A stretch of DNA of 64,000 nt, taken from contig CAWCAG010000005.1 of assembly GCA_963793425.1 (NCBI GenBank), forward strand, positions 1,920,001-1,984,000, in the 5' to 3' direction. This document shows positions 20,769 to 30,320 of this stretch, piece by piece. The notes under the pieces are model-generated. The model was not told where the DNA came from, ran no database searches, and saw only the letters and a list, made by a program, of their open reading frames with translations. The position numbers and the translations under genes were made by a program. Numbering within the stretch: the first letter of the stretch is position 1; each line of letters begins with the position of its first letter. This DNA is from an uncultured cyanobacterium (GTDB lineage: Bacteria > Cyanobacteriota > Cyanobacteriia > Cyanobacteriales > CAWCAG01).

Positions 20769-21023
20769 ATGAAAAAGGATCGAAGACCTCAAGAGAGTAA
20801 TTCTTTAATAGAAGCCCTGAGAATCAAGCAGACTAATCTTTCTCAGACTGAATTTGCTGTAAAATGTGGCATTCCTTTGCGTACCTACCAACGCTGGATT
20901 TATGGGGAAACTGAAGCAAAGCTAACACCAACCCAGTGGAAAGCAATGATCAAGTTGTTAGATATTCAATCTTTTGAGGATATACCAGACGATTTTGGTC
21001 CGGTGAATCAAGAAGAAGAATAG
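20769..21023 (+). CDS. XRE/Cro-CI family HTH transcriptional regulator
   Basis: LRIKQTNLSQTEFAVKCGIPLRTYQRWIYGETE; start placed at ATG 20769. Confidence 0.85.
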   Translation: MKKDRRPQESNSLIEALRIKQTNLSQTEFAVKCGIPLRTYQRWIYGETEAKLTPTQWKAMIKLLDIQSFEDIPDDFGPVNQEEE

Positions 21024-21130
21024 GGATTATTGATAAATTAAGAGATGAATTACCAGAAGCTTTGACTGTTGTTAGTCAAACTGCTGTTCGCATCCGTAAA
21101 ACTAATTTTTAGTTATTTTTAGACAACAAA

Positions 21131-24100
21131 TTAATGCTTACTGGTGATTGCTTGTTTGATTTTTCTCCACTGTTGCCGTAGGACAATGGCTAATTTTCTT
21201 TGGAAGCGTTTGATACGGGCGATGAGGGGAAAGTAGCGGACTTTTTCAGGATAAACGGGAATAAAATCTAAGTTCTCTTTGCTGTAGCGGACTGCTAGAC
21301 TTCTGGCGAGAGGAAATATTTCATCATTATAAATGTTTACTTGGAGTAGTTTAATTAGCTTTTCTAAAGCTTTTAAATTACCGATTTTACCCAAAGCCTC
21401 TACCGCCCTTGATCTAAAATAACTATTAGAGTGATTAAGAACAGCAATTAAAGCTTCTACTCCTTGGGCATTGCCGATTTTACTCAAAGCCAATGCCGCA
21501 CTCAATCTAACATCACTATCAAAGTGATTAAGAGCGGCAATTAAAGCATTTACTGCTTGAGTATTTCCTATCTTACCTAAAGCCTCTGCCGCACTCCATC
21601 CAACATCACTATCAGAGTGATTAAGAGCAGTGATTAAAGCATTTACTGCTTGAGTATTTCCTATCTTACCTAAAGCAGATGTCGCACTCAATCTAACATC
21701 ACTATAAGAGTGATCAAGAGCAGTAATTAAAGCTTCTACTGCTTGGGCGTTGCCAACTTTACCCAAAGCCTCTGCCGCACTCCTTCTAACATAAATATCA
21801 AAGTGATTAAGAGCAGTAATTAAAGCTCCTACTGCTTGAGTATTTCCTATCTTACCTAAAGCCTCTGCCGCACCACTTCTAACATCACTATAAGAGTGAT
21901 TAAGAGCAGTAATTAAAGCTCCTACTCCTTGGGCATTACCAATTTTACCCAATGCAAATGCCACACTCAATTTAACATCACCATTAGAGTTATCTAAAGC
22001 AGCAATTAAAGCTTCTACTCCTTGGGCATTACCGATTTTACCTAAAGCAGATGCTGCAATCCATCCAACATCACTATCAGAGTGATTAAGAGCAGTAATT
22101 AAAGCTTCTACTACTTGGGCATTATCAATTTCACCTAAAGCATTTGCTGCAATCCTTCTAACATCACTATTAGAGTCATAGAGAGCGGTAATTAAAGCTT
22201 CTACTACTTGGGCATTATCAATTTTACCTAAAGCATTTGCTGCAATCCTTCTAACATCACTATTAGAGTCATAGAGAGCGGTAATTAAAGCTTTTACTCC
22301 TTGGGTATTACCAATTTTACCCAAAGCCTTTGCTGCAATCCATTTAACATTACTATCAGAGTCATCAAGAGCAGTAATTAAAGCTTTTACTCCCTGGGGG
22401 TTACCAATTTGATCCAAAGCTAATGCAGCACTCAATTTAACAAAGATATCAGAGTCATCTAAAGCAGCAATCAAAGCTTCTTCTACTCCTTGGGCATTAC
22501 CGATTTGACCCAAAGCAGATGCTGCAATCTTTCTAACATTACTATCAGAGTCATCAAGAGCAGCAATTAAAGCTTCTACTCCCTGGGGGTTAGTTGTTTG
22601 ACCCAAAACATCTGCCGCACTCCTTATAACAAAGATATCAGAGTGATCAAGAGCAGCAATTAAAGCTTTTACTGCTTGGGCATTACCAATTTTACCCAAA
22701 GCATCTGCCGCACTCGATCTAAAATAACTCTCGGAGTCATTTAAAATAGCAATTAAAGCTTCTACTCCTTGGGCATTACCAATTTTACCCAAAGCCTTTG
22801 CTGCAATCCATTTAACATTACTATCAGAGTGATTAAGAGCAGTAATTAAGGCTTCTACTGCTTGGGCATTACTTATTTCAGCAAAAATCACTACAACAGA
22901 AGTTACAAATTCAGCATCAGGATAAGCAAGCCAAAACTGATAAACTTCCTCAACAATCCTCCCAACTGAAGCATCCTCAACCTCTTTCCCCTCAGCAACA
23001 CATCGCCCCGCCAACAACAATAAAGTCCGAAAAATATCATCCTTCTCCCCCATAATCGCCTGCAACAAGGGCAAAGGATCATCCATCAATCCTGCGAACA
23101 AAGTTAAAGTCTCATGCCAATCAAAATCCCAAAAATGTTCCTTCGCCAAAGCCACACCATTACTTGCATAGTTTAAATAAGCTGCGGTCAAATACTCCTG
23201 AAAAGTGCGATGCAAAAACAGATACTTATTTCCATCCCTGTCTAACTTCTGAATAATGCCATCCTCTTCCGTCAACTCCCCAATCAACTCCGTAGCGGTA
23301 ACATTGCGAAAATCACTACCACAATCCCCCCGCAAAAACTCTTCAATCTTCTCTCTCAACTCCCGCAACTCAAAAACCTCTTGACTCTGGCAACTAAACT
23401 CATAAGCCAAAAACTCCAACAATTCCGTCTTCGCCACCACCCAACCAGATTCAGCCCCCAAACGCCGATTATCCTTGCGCCATTGACTGAGCATATACTC
23501 AACCGCTTTTTCATAAACCTGACCACGTTTAGCCGGGAGAGTAATACCCTTTTCTTGATAAAGGCTGCAAAGTAAAGATAACAGTAAAGGATTCTGTGCC
23601 AAACCACTGATTTGCGGTTTCTGGCGTAACTCCTCAATTAACCCAGAAGCAGAAATATCTTTCTCTTCTCCCTTCCCCAGAGAAACTGAGAGAGATTCCT
23701 CCGCATTCTTAAACCAAGTCTCAATATACTTTTCCGTTTGCCCTTGATTAAAAGGCACAATCTCCACATCCTTCCCCCCAGCAATAAAACTGCCCCCATA
23801 ACCAACAATGCGGGAGGTGCAGATTATCGGACAAGGATAATATTTGGCGAAGCGGTTTAACTTGTCTTTTAGTTCCTGGCGCTGATCCTTCGGCACTTCA
23901 TCTAAAGCATCCAACAACAGCAAACATTCACCCTTAGCTAACTTATCTTCCAAGAGATGGGCAAGGTTAGGATAACTATACCGATAATCCCGTTGTAGAA
24001 GTTGGGGAATAATCTCAAAAATTTCTCCTTCCCTTTCAGCTAACTCTGAAAGCCTGAATAGCAAGGGAAAAAACTGTTCCGGAATAGTTTTTTCCTGATT

Positions 24101-24760
24101 TAAAAGCTTTTCCCTTTCTTCTTGGGCTACCCTCAAAGCTTCTCGCCGCAACAAAGTTGACTTTCCCATGCCCGGATCTGCTAAAACCATGATTCTGTTA
24201 TGGTTTCGCTTCGCTTCTACCCAATCAACTTGAGTTTTCCTTGTTTCTTCAACTATTCCTTTCAGGGCATAAGCTTTTTTTAATTCCGCTTCCGACTCGC
24301 TATAACCCCAAGTAGTCTCAACTTCGTGGCGATATCTTCTTTCTAAAGTGACTTGAATGGGAATGTACTGCTCTTTAAAAATAAAACTATTCCGCGTGTG
24401 GAATAGTTTTAGATATTTGTATTCCTTTGCAACCTCCTCAAGAAACTGACAAACTTCTTCTGTCGTCGGCGGCTCTGATTTTTTGTTAGCAGGTTCAGAA
24501 TCACTAGGTAAGTTAGAAACTTGTTCTTGCAAAACCTCTCGAATAACTTGCTTCAGTCTTTCTGCTTCAAAACCTTGATAAGTACGATTGTCAAAGGTGA
24601 TTTTTTCCGCAGTCAAGTTAAAATTCCCTTCACCCAACTGCACATTATTGAAATCCCCGGTAATATTCAACTCAGCTTTTAATTGAGCTAAATCATTCTT
24701 ACTATGTTTACCCGCAACAATACGTTGTAAAATTTCGCTCCATTTAGAGGATTTAGCCAT
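21131..24760 (-). CDS. NLR-like protein: EAD10-like N-terminus, NACHT NTPase and HEAT/PBS-lyase repeats
   Basis: Walker A ADPGMGKST, Walker B LLLLDALDE, CTSR, NPLLL and FLHRTFQEYL; 16 x 31-aa HEAT repeats. Confidence 0.92.
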   Translation of the reverse strand: MAKSSKWSEILQRIVAGKHSKNDLAQLKAELNITGDFNNVQLGEGNFNLTAEKITFDNRTYQGFEAERLKQVIREVLQEQVSNLPSDSEPANKKSEPPTTEEVCQFLEEVAKEYKYLKLFHTRNSFIFKEQYIPIQVTLERRYRHEVETTWGYSESEAELKKAYALKGIVEETRKTQVDWVEAKRNHNRIMVLADPGMGKSTLLRREALRVAQEEREKLLNQEKTIPEQFFPLLFRLSELAEREGEIFEIIPQLLQRDYRYSYPNLAHLLEDKLAKGECLLLLDALDEVPKDQRQELKDKLNRFAKYYPCPIICTSRIVGYGGSFIAGGKDVEIVPFNQGQTEKYIETWFKNAEESLSVSLGKGEEKDISASGLIEELRQKPQISGLAQNPLLLSLLCSLYQEKGITLPAKRGQVYEKAVEYMLSQWRKDNRRLGAESGWVVAKTELLEFLAYEFSCQSQEVFELRELREKIEEFLRGDCGSDFRNVTATELIGELTEEDGIIQKLDRDGNKYLFLHRTFQEYLTAAYLNYASNGVALAKEHFWDFDWHETLTLFAGLMDDPLPLLQAIMGEKDDIFRTLLLLAGRCVAEGKEVEDASVGRIVEEVYQFWLAYPDAEFVTSVVVIFAEISNAQAVEALITALNHSDSNVKWIAAKALGKIGNAQGVEALIAILNDSESYFRSSAADALGKIGNAQAVKALIAALDHSDIFVIRSAADVLGQTTNPQGVEALIAALDDSDSNVRKIAASALGQIGNAQGVEEALIAALDDSDIFVKLSAALALDQIGNPQGVKALITALDDSDSNVKWIAAKALGKIGNTQGVKALITALYDSNSDVRRIAANALGKIDNAQVVEALITALYDSNSDVRRIAANALGEIDNAQVVEALITALNHSDSDVGWIAASALGKIGNAQGVEALIAALDNSNGDVKLSVAFALGKIGNAQGVGALITALNHSYSDVRSGAAEALGKIGNTQAVGALITALNHFDIYVRRSAAEALGKVGNAQAVEALITALDHSYSDVRLSATSALGKIGNTQAVNALITALNHSDSDVGWSAAEALGKIGNTQAVNALIAALNHFDSDVRLSAALALSKIGNAQGVEALIAVLNHSNSYFRSRAVEALGKIGNLKALEKLIKLLQVNIYNDEIFPLARSLAVRYSKENLDFIPVYPEKVRYFPLIARIKRFQRKLAIVLRQQWRKIKQAITSKH
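21380..22870 (-). repeat. Sixteen tandem ~93-bp intragenic repeats encoding HEAT units
   Basis: Consensus NAQxVEALIxALxxSDSxVRxxAAxALGKIG; near-identical DNA between units. Confidence 0.95.
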
Positions 24761-24769
24761 AGCTAACCT

Positions 24770-25175
24770 TTACGGCTTATTCGAGGAATGATCAGTAGAA
24801 TCTTCGTTATGCTGAATATTGACGTTGTTATTGTTATTGCCAAACTGAACATTATTGCGATCGCCTGTAATCGTCGGACTGTTAGAAAGAAGTCCGCTAT
24901 TAGAAATAGTATCTTGGCTTTGATTAGCAGGATTAATGGGCTGCTTTTCCGGAGCTGGATCTGATTTTCTGAACGTGGCGTATTCCCAACAAGACTGCCA
25001 AACCAGTAAGCCCCCACAATACTAGCTGAATCAAGTCTGTTAGCCCTTGAATAACATTACTATTCGCTTCGACAAACTGTAACAAAACTGGCATCCATTG
25101 TTCAGCCGATAACGCTAAAGCAGCAAGTAGTAAAACTACCAAGGTTGGAACGATCCACCTTGAAGAATTGTTCAT
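24770..25175 (-). pseudogene. Frameshifted small membrane protein with C-terminal Asn-rich amyloid-like motif (putative NLR effector)
   Basis: 80-aa ORF with two hydrophobic helices; the +1 frame from about 24973 reads FRKSDPAPEKQP...ITGDRNNVQFGNNNNNVNIQ...NKP*, stopping 9 nt before the NACHT ATG. Confidence 0.7.
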
Positions 25176-25291
25176 AGCAAAATTAAGTAAATTGAGGAGT
25201 CAACCATATTAGTAACCATGGTAGCCAAAAAAGTTTTGGCTAGTGGCTAGTGGCTAACGGCTAGTTGTTCTCACCCTAGCTCCCCATCTCC

Positions 25292-27073
25292 CTATTTCCC
25301 CAACTCCCCATCTCCAGGAGAAGTATCAAGAAAAGGGGAACTTTTTGGTTCAGAATCTTCTGGGGATGAATTAGAAGGATTAGGATTAGGAGAATTATTT
25401 TGCAACAAAAAAGTTGCTTCAAAGCGAGTACTTTGAGAATCTATAACTGTTGTCGTAATACCAAAAGCACGAACCCCATTAAGTAAATCCTTTTGCCCTT
25501 CCGGAAAAGCTAAAGTTCCTTTTTTGGCCATAAAATTCTCGACATCAAAAAACAACTCACTATTAACCGGGGCAAAGCCTTTTTTAACTACTTGCTTAAA
25601 CAACTGATTCGATGACAAATTACGTTTCGGTTTTGGTAAGATTTTGTTACTTATTGGAGCGCCTAAAGAAAAGAAAAATACATCTTTTGATAGCCAACCT
25701 CGTACAGCTTCTATACCACCCAGGGGAGATGTCCAATTAACCACAGGTTGCCCCCCTTGTTGAGCAGATTTCACCTGAAATTGATATCTTGTACCCATGG
25801 CTTCATCTAATTGTTGTAGGGCTTTCTCTCCGCTAGCACGATTTTGAGTTTGGGCAACGGTAATTAAAGCAGCCCCCAATTTTACCCCACCTCTATCAGT
25901 AAAATTAATTAAGTTATCTTCAGTAATAGGAGTCAAGGCAAAGGCGAAATCTTCTCCTAACCAAGGGAGAAAATCTTCTTGCCAACTCATGCCCGTGTTT
26001 TCCTGAATAACATTAGCAATAGTCTCTTCCCCAAAAGGTAAAAGGGGCAACAACTCCGCTTCACTGTCCCAACCTTGCCATTGAGTAGGAAGATTTTGCC
26101 CAGCAAAGAAAAATAAAGTCTGTTGGGGTAAGTGGGAAGCTAAACTCTTTTCCTTAAACTGGGTTAAATAATTCCCAAAAGAATTAACTGGCTGCATAAA
26201 TTCTCCCGGTTTTCCCCAAATTATCCCTTCCCAATGCAGAGATTCTGGGGTTAAGCTTAAGCTGCCTGTCACTCCTTGCCGATATTGAGTAGTAGATTCT
26301 GGGGCAGGAGCAAGAGAATTAGTTTTGGCGGTGGCAACTATTGTCGGAAAATGCCCATAAAAACGAGCAAAATCAACTTTTTTGCCTAATTGTCTCAAAG
26401 CTTTTTGATAACTAGAATCAGCTTCTAAAGATGTCTTTTCTTGGTAGCTATCAATCACTTTTTCCATGGCTTGGGAGTTGTTAGCAATAACCAAAAAACT
26501 TTTAATAATTGTTAGGGAATATCTTTGAGATTGACTATTTTGAATCTCTTCAATCTCCACTCCTTTATAGGTGCGTCGCAGTTTCTTACTTTCCAGGTCA
26601 GAGTTAGGAGAATCCAAAAGCTGCCCTGCTTGGACGGAATTCTCCATCGGTAAAATAAATACCATTGGCTTAACCAAATCCTCTGAAGGAGAAGCATTCG
26701 GTACAATTAAGGCAGATTGAGTTGGGGGCAAATAAGCAACGGTGATCTCCTCTCCTACCCAAGGTTGGATATGGGTTTCATAACTATAACCATTGGCTTG
26801 CAAAAAAGTATTGCTAAGCTCAGAAAAATACTTTTTAATCCTCTGTTGACTTCCCTTTGTCCCTAACTGTTGCAATTGCTGCCATTGTTCTTCATCCGTA
26901 GAAATTGAGGCAGCAAAAATCACTTCTTGGGGAACTAATTCTGCCCCCGTTAGCTTTTGCGCCGCAAAAAAATAGGGCCGTACCAACAACCAATAAATTG
27001 CTGTGCCACTACCGAGTAAAATAGCCGTACCTAAAGTCGGTAAGAGAAAGCGCCTAAATTTTTTCTTGACCAT
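25292..27073 (-). CDS. DUF3352-family protein
   Basis: N-terminal TM; IQPWVGEEITVA and DFLPWLGEDFAFAL repeated motifs. Confidence 0.75.
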   Translation of the reverse strand: MVKKKFRRFLLPTLGTAILLGSGTAIYWLLVRPYFFAAQKLTGAELVPQEVIFAASISTDEEQWQQLQQLGTKGSQQRIKKYFSELSNTFLQANGYSYETHIQPWVGEEITVAYLPPTQSALIVPNASPSEDLVKPMVFILPMENSVQAGQLLDSPNSDLESKKLRRTYKGVEIEEIQNSQSQRYSLTIIKSFLVIANNSQAMEKVIDSYQEKTSLEADSSYQKALRQLGKKVDFARFYGHFPTIVATAKTNSLAPAPESTTQYRQGVTGSLSLTPESLHWEGIIWGKPGEFMQPVNSFGNYLTQFKEKSLASHLPQQTLFFFAGQNLPTQWQGWDSEAELLPLLPFGEETIANVIQENTGMSWQEDFLPWLGEDFAFALTPITEDNLINFTDRGGVKLGAALITVAQTQNRASGEKALQQLDEAMGTRYQFQVKSAQQGGQPVVNWTSPLGGIEAVRGWLSKDVFFFSLGAPISNKILPKPKRNLSSNQLFKQVVKKGFAPVNSELFFDVENFMAKKGTLAFPEGQKDLLNGVRAFGITTTVIDSQSTRFEATFLLQNNSPNPNPSNSSPEDSEPKSSPFLDTSPGDGELGK

Positions 27074-27440
27074 AACCCTAAAGATGCAACCCTGACATAT
27101 TCACCTTAAAACCTCATCCTCCCTTAGAAAAGGTGAACATAACTAGTATCGATAGCAACAAACCAGGGAAAAGAAGTAATCCTAACATTGATAGTTCAGT
27201 AGCACTCATCAGCTTTAATCTCCTAACACGCTTCTTTTAAAGTAGCTTGTGAGCAAAAAAAAGTTGGTAAATTCAAGGATTTATTTGCAATTGGTATCAA
27301 GATGTTAAGCTGTCAGGTATTTAGATTGTCTTGCTAGGGTAAGGGAGCAGGGAGTGGGGAGCAATAAAGACATCGGGGAAAATTAGTTAAGGCAAATAAG
27401 GGTAAGGATCTACAATTGAGCTTGGTTACCCATAGAACTT

Positions 27441-27791
27441 ATGCAAAATACTCGTTTAAACAATCTCTTCGCTTTAACCAGCACTCAACTTAATCAATTC
27501 TTCAGCAATCCTTGGCGACGTATAGCACTTGTCCTGCTTAGCTTATTGTTAGGTTTCTTTCTTGGTACAGCCATTACTAGTACCGCCGGACAAACTTCTG
27601 ATTGGGATGTCATCGCTGCTGCTTTTGTGGTTTTGTTTACAGAAATAATTAGCCGCTTTGTTTATGGTCGTAAACGAAATCGTACTGCTGAAGAAGTAGT
27701 TAAATCCTCGCTATTGGTAGAGCTGGTTAATAATTTGAAGATTGGTGTTACCTATGGTTTATTCGTGGAAGCATTTAAACTAAATTCTTAG
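27441..27791 (+). CDS. Ycf20/DUF565 family membrane protein
   Basis: MQNTRL...NPWRR...YGLFVEAFKL. Confidence 0.88.
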   Translation: MQNTRLNNLFALTSTQLNQFFSNPWRRIALVLLSLLLGFFLGTAITSTAGQTSDWDVIAAAFVVLFTEIISRFVYGRKRNRTAEEVVKSSLLVELVNNLKIGVTYGLFVEAFKLNS

Positions 27792-27802
27792 GGATTGGGT
27801 GT

Positions 27803-28870
27803 ATGGTTTTGAGAATAGGGGCGTTATTACAGCAGTTGGTTGCGGGGCAAAAGCTAGATAAGTCAGCATATCAAGAACTTTTGCAAGCAGAATTAAACCT
27901 TGTACAAAAAGCTCAAGCTTTTGGTATTAATGCTAACAATGTTCAAAAAAAGCTGACTGCAAGACTAGAACTTTTCCCGGAAGTATCTGCTGAAGTTTGG
28001 CAACTTTGCCAAAACTTAGGTTTTCAAGATCAAGAAATTGCGATCGCCACTCTTTGGCATTTATGGTTGCCTTTGGCCCTGTGGTTAGCTTCAGAAAAAG
28101 AAAAGCTGGGTCGTCCTTTGATACAGGGCATTTTAGGAGGACAAGGAACAGGTAAAACCACCCTAACTACCATCCTTCATTTAATCCTAGGGCGGTTAGG
28201 TTACTCCACTTTAGGGGTATCTATTGATGATATTTACAAAACCTATGCAGATAGGAAACGCTTACAACAAGAAGATCCCCGCTTAATTTGGCGTGGCCCT
28301 CCGGGAACTCATGATGTTGCTTTGGGTATTGAGTTGTTAGATAAATTGCGACAAGAAAATATCACTGCACCACTTTTCGTACCTCGCTTTGATAAATCTC
28401 AGTGGCAGGGAGCAGGAGACAGGACAAAACCGGAGCAAATTGAGGAAGCAAATATTATCTTATTTGAAGGCTGGTTTGTGGGGGCTAGACCCGTCAATCA
28501 GGAAACATTTGACCATGCACCTCATCCTATTTTAACCACCGCAGACCGAGATTTTGCGATCGCTAGCAATACTCGCTTGCAGGAATATTTACCTCTATGG
28601 GAAAAACTAGACCGCTTAATTGTTCTTTATCCTGTAGATTATCGTCTTAGCCAAAAATGGCGCTTAGAAGCAGAACATAAAATGATTGCCACAGGAAAAA
28701 CGGGCATGGGAGACGAAGAAGTTAACCAATTTGTCGAATATTTCTGGAAATCCCTTCATCCTGAACTATTTATCACTCCTTTAACGAAAAATCCTCAGCT
28801 AGTAGATATAGTTATTGAAATTAACCAAGATCGCACCCTTGGTAAGATTTACCAACCTGTTGAGAGCTAA
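27803..28870 (+). CDS. GLYK-type D-glycerate 3-kinase
   Basis: GGQGTGKTT, SIDDIY, RGPPGTHD, PRFDKS and FEGWFVG. Confidence 0.85.
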   Translation: MVLRIGALLQQLVAGQKLDKSAYQELLQAELNLVQKAQAFGINANNVQKKLTARLELFPEVSAEVWQLCQNLGFQDQEIAIATLWHLWLPLALWLASEKEKLGRPLIQGILGGQGTGKTTLTTILHLILGRLGYSTLGVSIDDIYKTYADRKRLQQEDPRLIWRGPPGTHDVALGIELLDKLRQENITAPLFVPRFDKSQWQGAGDRTKPEQIEEANIILFEGWFVGARPVNQETFDHAPHPILTTADRDFAIASNTRLQEYLPLWEKLDRLIVLYPVDYRLSQKWRLEAEHKMIATGKTGMGDEEVNQFVEYFWKSLHPELFITPLTKNPQLVDIVIEINQDRTLGKIYQPVES

Positions 28871-28921
28871 AAATAAGCCAAAAGCTGCTATCATTTTAAA
28901 AGAGAAAATTCAGCCTAAGAA

Positions 28922-29320
28922 GTGAAGAAAATTCCTCGCACAGTGCGTCTATCAGACACAGATGCAGCAGGTGTCGTCTATTTCGCCAATGCCTTAGTGA
29001 TGTGTCATGAAGCTTATGAAGAGTCTTTACTTAATGCCGGGATTAATTTCCAAGAATTAGTTAAGAGTTCTACTACAGTACTGCCGATTGTACATAGTTC
29101 TGTAGACTTTTTTCTGCCTATGTTTTGCGGTGATAGACTGTTAATCCAACTAACTCCTCAACTATTAAAGGAAAGTGAGTTTGAAGTTGCTTACCAAATC
29201 TTCCCCACTGAAGCGGAAAAACCAGCGGTTAAAGCAATAACCAGACACGTTTGTATCAATCCTTCTAGTAGAAGGAGAACCCCTTTACCCGAAAAGATTC
29301 AGCAATGGCTTTATGGGTGA
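28922..29320 (+). CDS. 1,4-dihydroxy-2-naphthoyl-CoA hydrolase-like hotdog thioesterase
   Basis: DTDAAGVVYFAN...CHEAYEESL. Confidence 0.85.
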   Translation: MKKIPRTVRLSDTDAAGVVYFANALVMCHEAYEESLLNAGINFQELVKSSTTVLPIVHSSVDFFLPMFCGDRLLIQLTPQLLKESEFEVAYQIFPTEAEKPAVKAITRHVCINPSSRRRTPLPEKIQQWLYG

Positions 29321-29805
29321 GGAATTAAAAGTTTGAATTTTGGTATCAAGTGATACAATAAAATAAAGGGTTCTGATTATAACTTTTGTGTTTCCTTCAC
29401 TTAGTTCTCTCGCCAAAAAAACTTGGTTGTGGGATTGCTATGAATACAAGTCTAAGTGAGTTTTCAAAGTTGTAAACCTAGACTGTCATTTTTCTATCAA
29501 GAAATGATAGTTTCTTGCCCCTCTTGCAAAATTTATTATTGCCATAGCTGTCATCAATACTACAGTTAAAGACCAAAAAACAAACTATAAAGATGATAAG
29601 GTCGCCTGATGATGACCTTGATTAGGATGCACTACTAAAAACCAGAAATAAGGGAATACTAAAGGTCATAACTACTGACAAATGAAAATGCGGCTATCTC
29701 GTCTAAGTCTTTGATGAGCTGTGGTCAGTAATTATTTCCGGAATAGTTTTCCTTCAGCCGGACATTTTTACTTAAGGACTATTTAATTAGAACTAGTTAA
29801 ACGAA

Positions 29806-30204
29806 ATGAAATCTTATTTACCCTATGGTTTGAGTTGCGATTTGCCAAAAAGAAAAATTAGTCAAAGCGCGATCGCCATAACTATTTTTGCGGCTGCTAT
29901 GGTAGTTACAAATCCTAATCGCCCAGCTTACCTTGAATATGCTTCAACTAAGTTAGCAGCGGGAATTAATACCAACAATTGCCACTATACTACCGCGACC
30001 TTAAATATTGATAATCAATGCCAAAAATTGAAAAATGTCACCAAAATCAAAAAGACGAAAGATGAATTTCTACAGGACTTTATTTTTCAAGTAACAAAAC
30101 GTCAAAACTTAATTTTCTTGAGTCTTTATACTACAGAACTATCAGGTAAAAAATATCGAACCCTGGCTGCCTTTGGGAACTTTTTGACCTTTTGGGAAAG
30201 TTAG
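29806..30204 (+). CDS. DUF4359-family protein
   Basis: MVVTNP..AYLEYA, RQNLIFLSLYTT and LAAFGNF. Confidence 0.75.
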   Translation: MKSYLPYGLSCDLPKRKISQSAIAITIFAAAMVVTNPNRPAYLEYASTKLAAGINTNNCHYTTATLNIDNQCQKLKNVTKIKKTKDEFLQDFIFQVTKRQNLIFLSLYTTELSGKKYRTLAAFGNFLTFWES

Positions 30205-30320
30205 TTTATGTAGCATTGTTGGTAGGTTCTTTATATAAAGTTGTTTGTTTTTTGTTGAAAAAATAAAAAAGTCGGCTTAAGCTCAAGACAGGTATGTATA
30301 GATTTCAGGAGCCGACAACC

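Noticed and set aside
21380..22870. Regular ~93-bp repeats as a possible CRISPR array
   Set aside because: They are in-frame coding HEAT repeats with no unique spacers, and there are no cas genes.
24763..25017. 84-aa ORF from the track upstream of the NACHT gene
   Set aside because: Probably a shadow frame; the third frame carries the motif matching the NLR and ends with good spacing to the next RBS and ATG.
29330..29800. Long intergenic region with a small AAGGTC/GACCTT hairpin, possible ncRNA
   Set aside because: No recognisable RNA family or extended structure.
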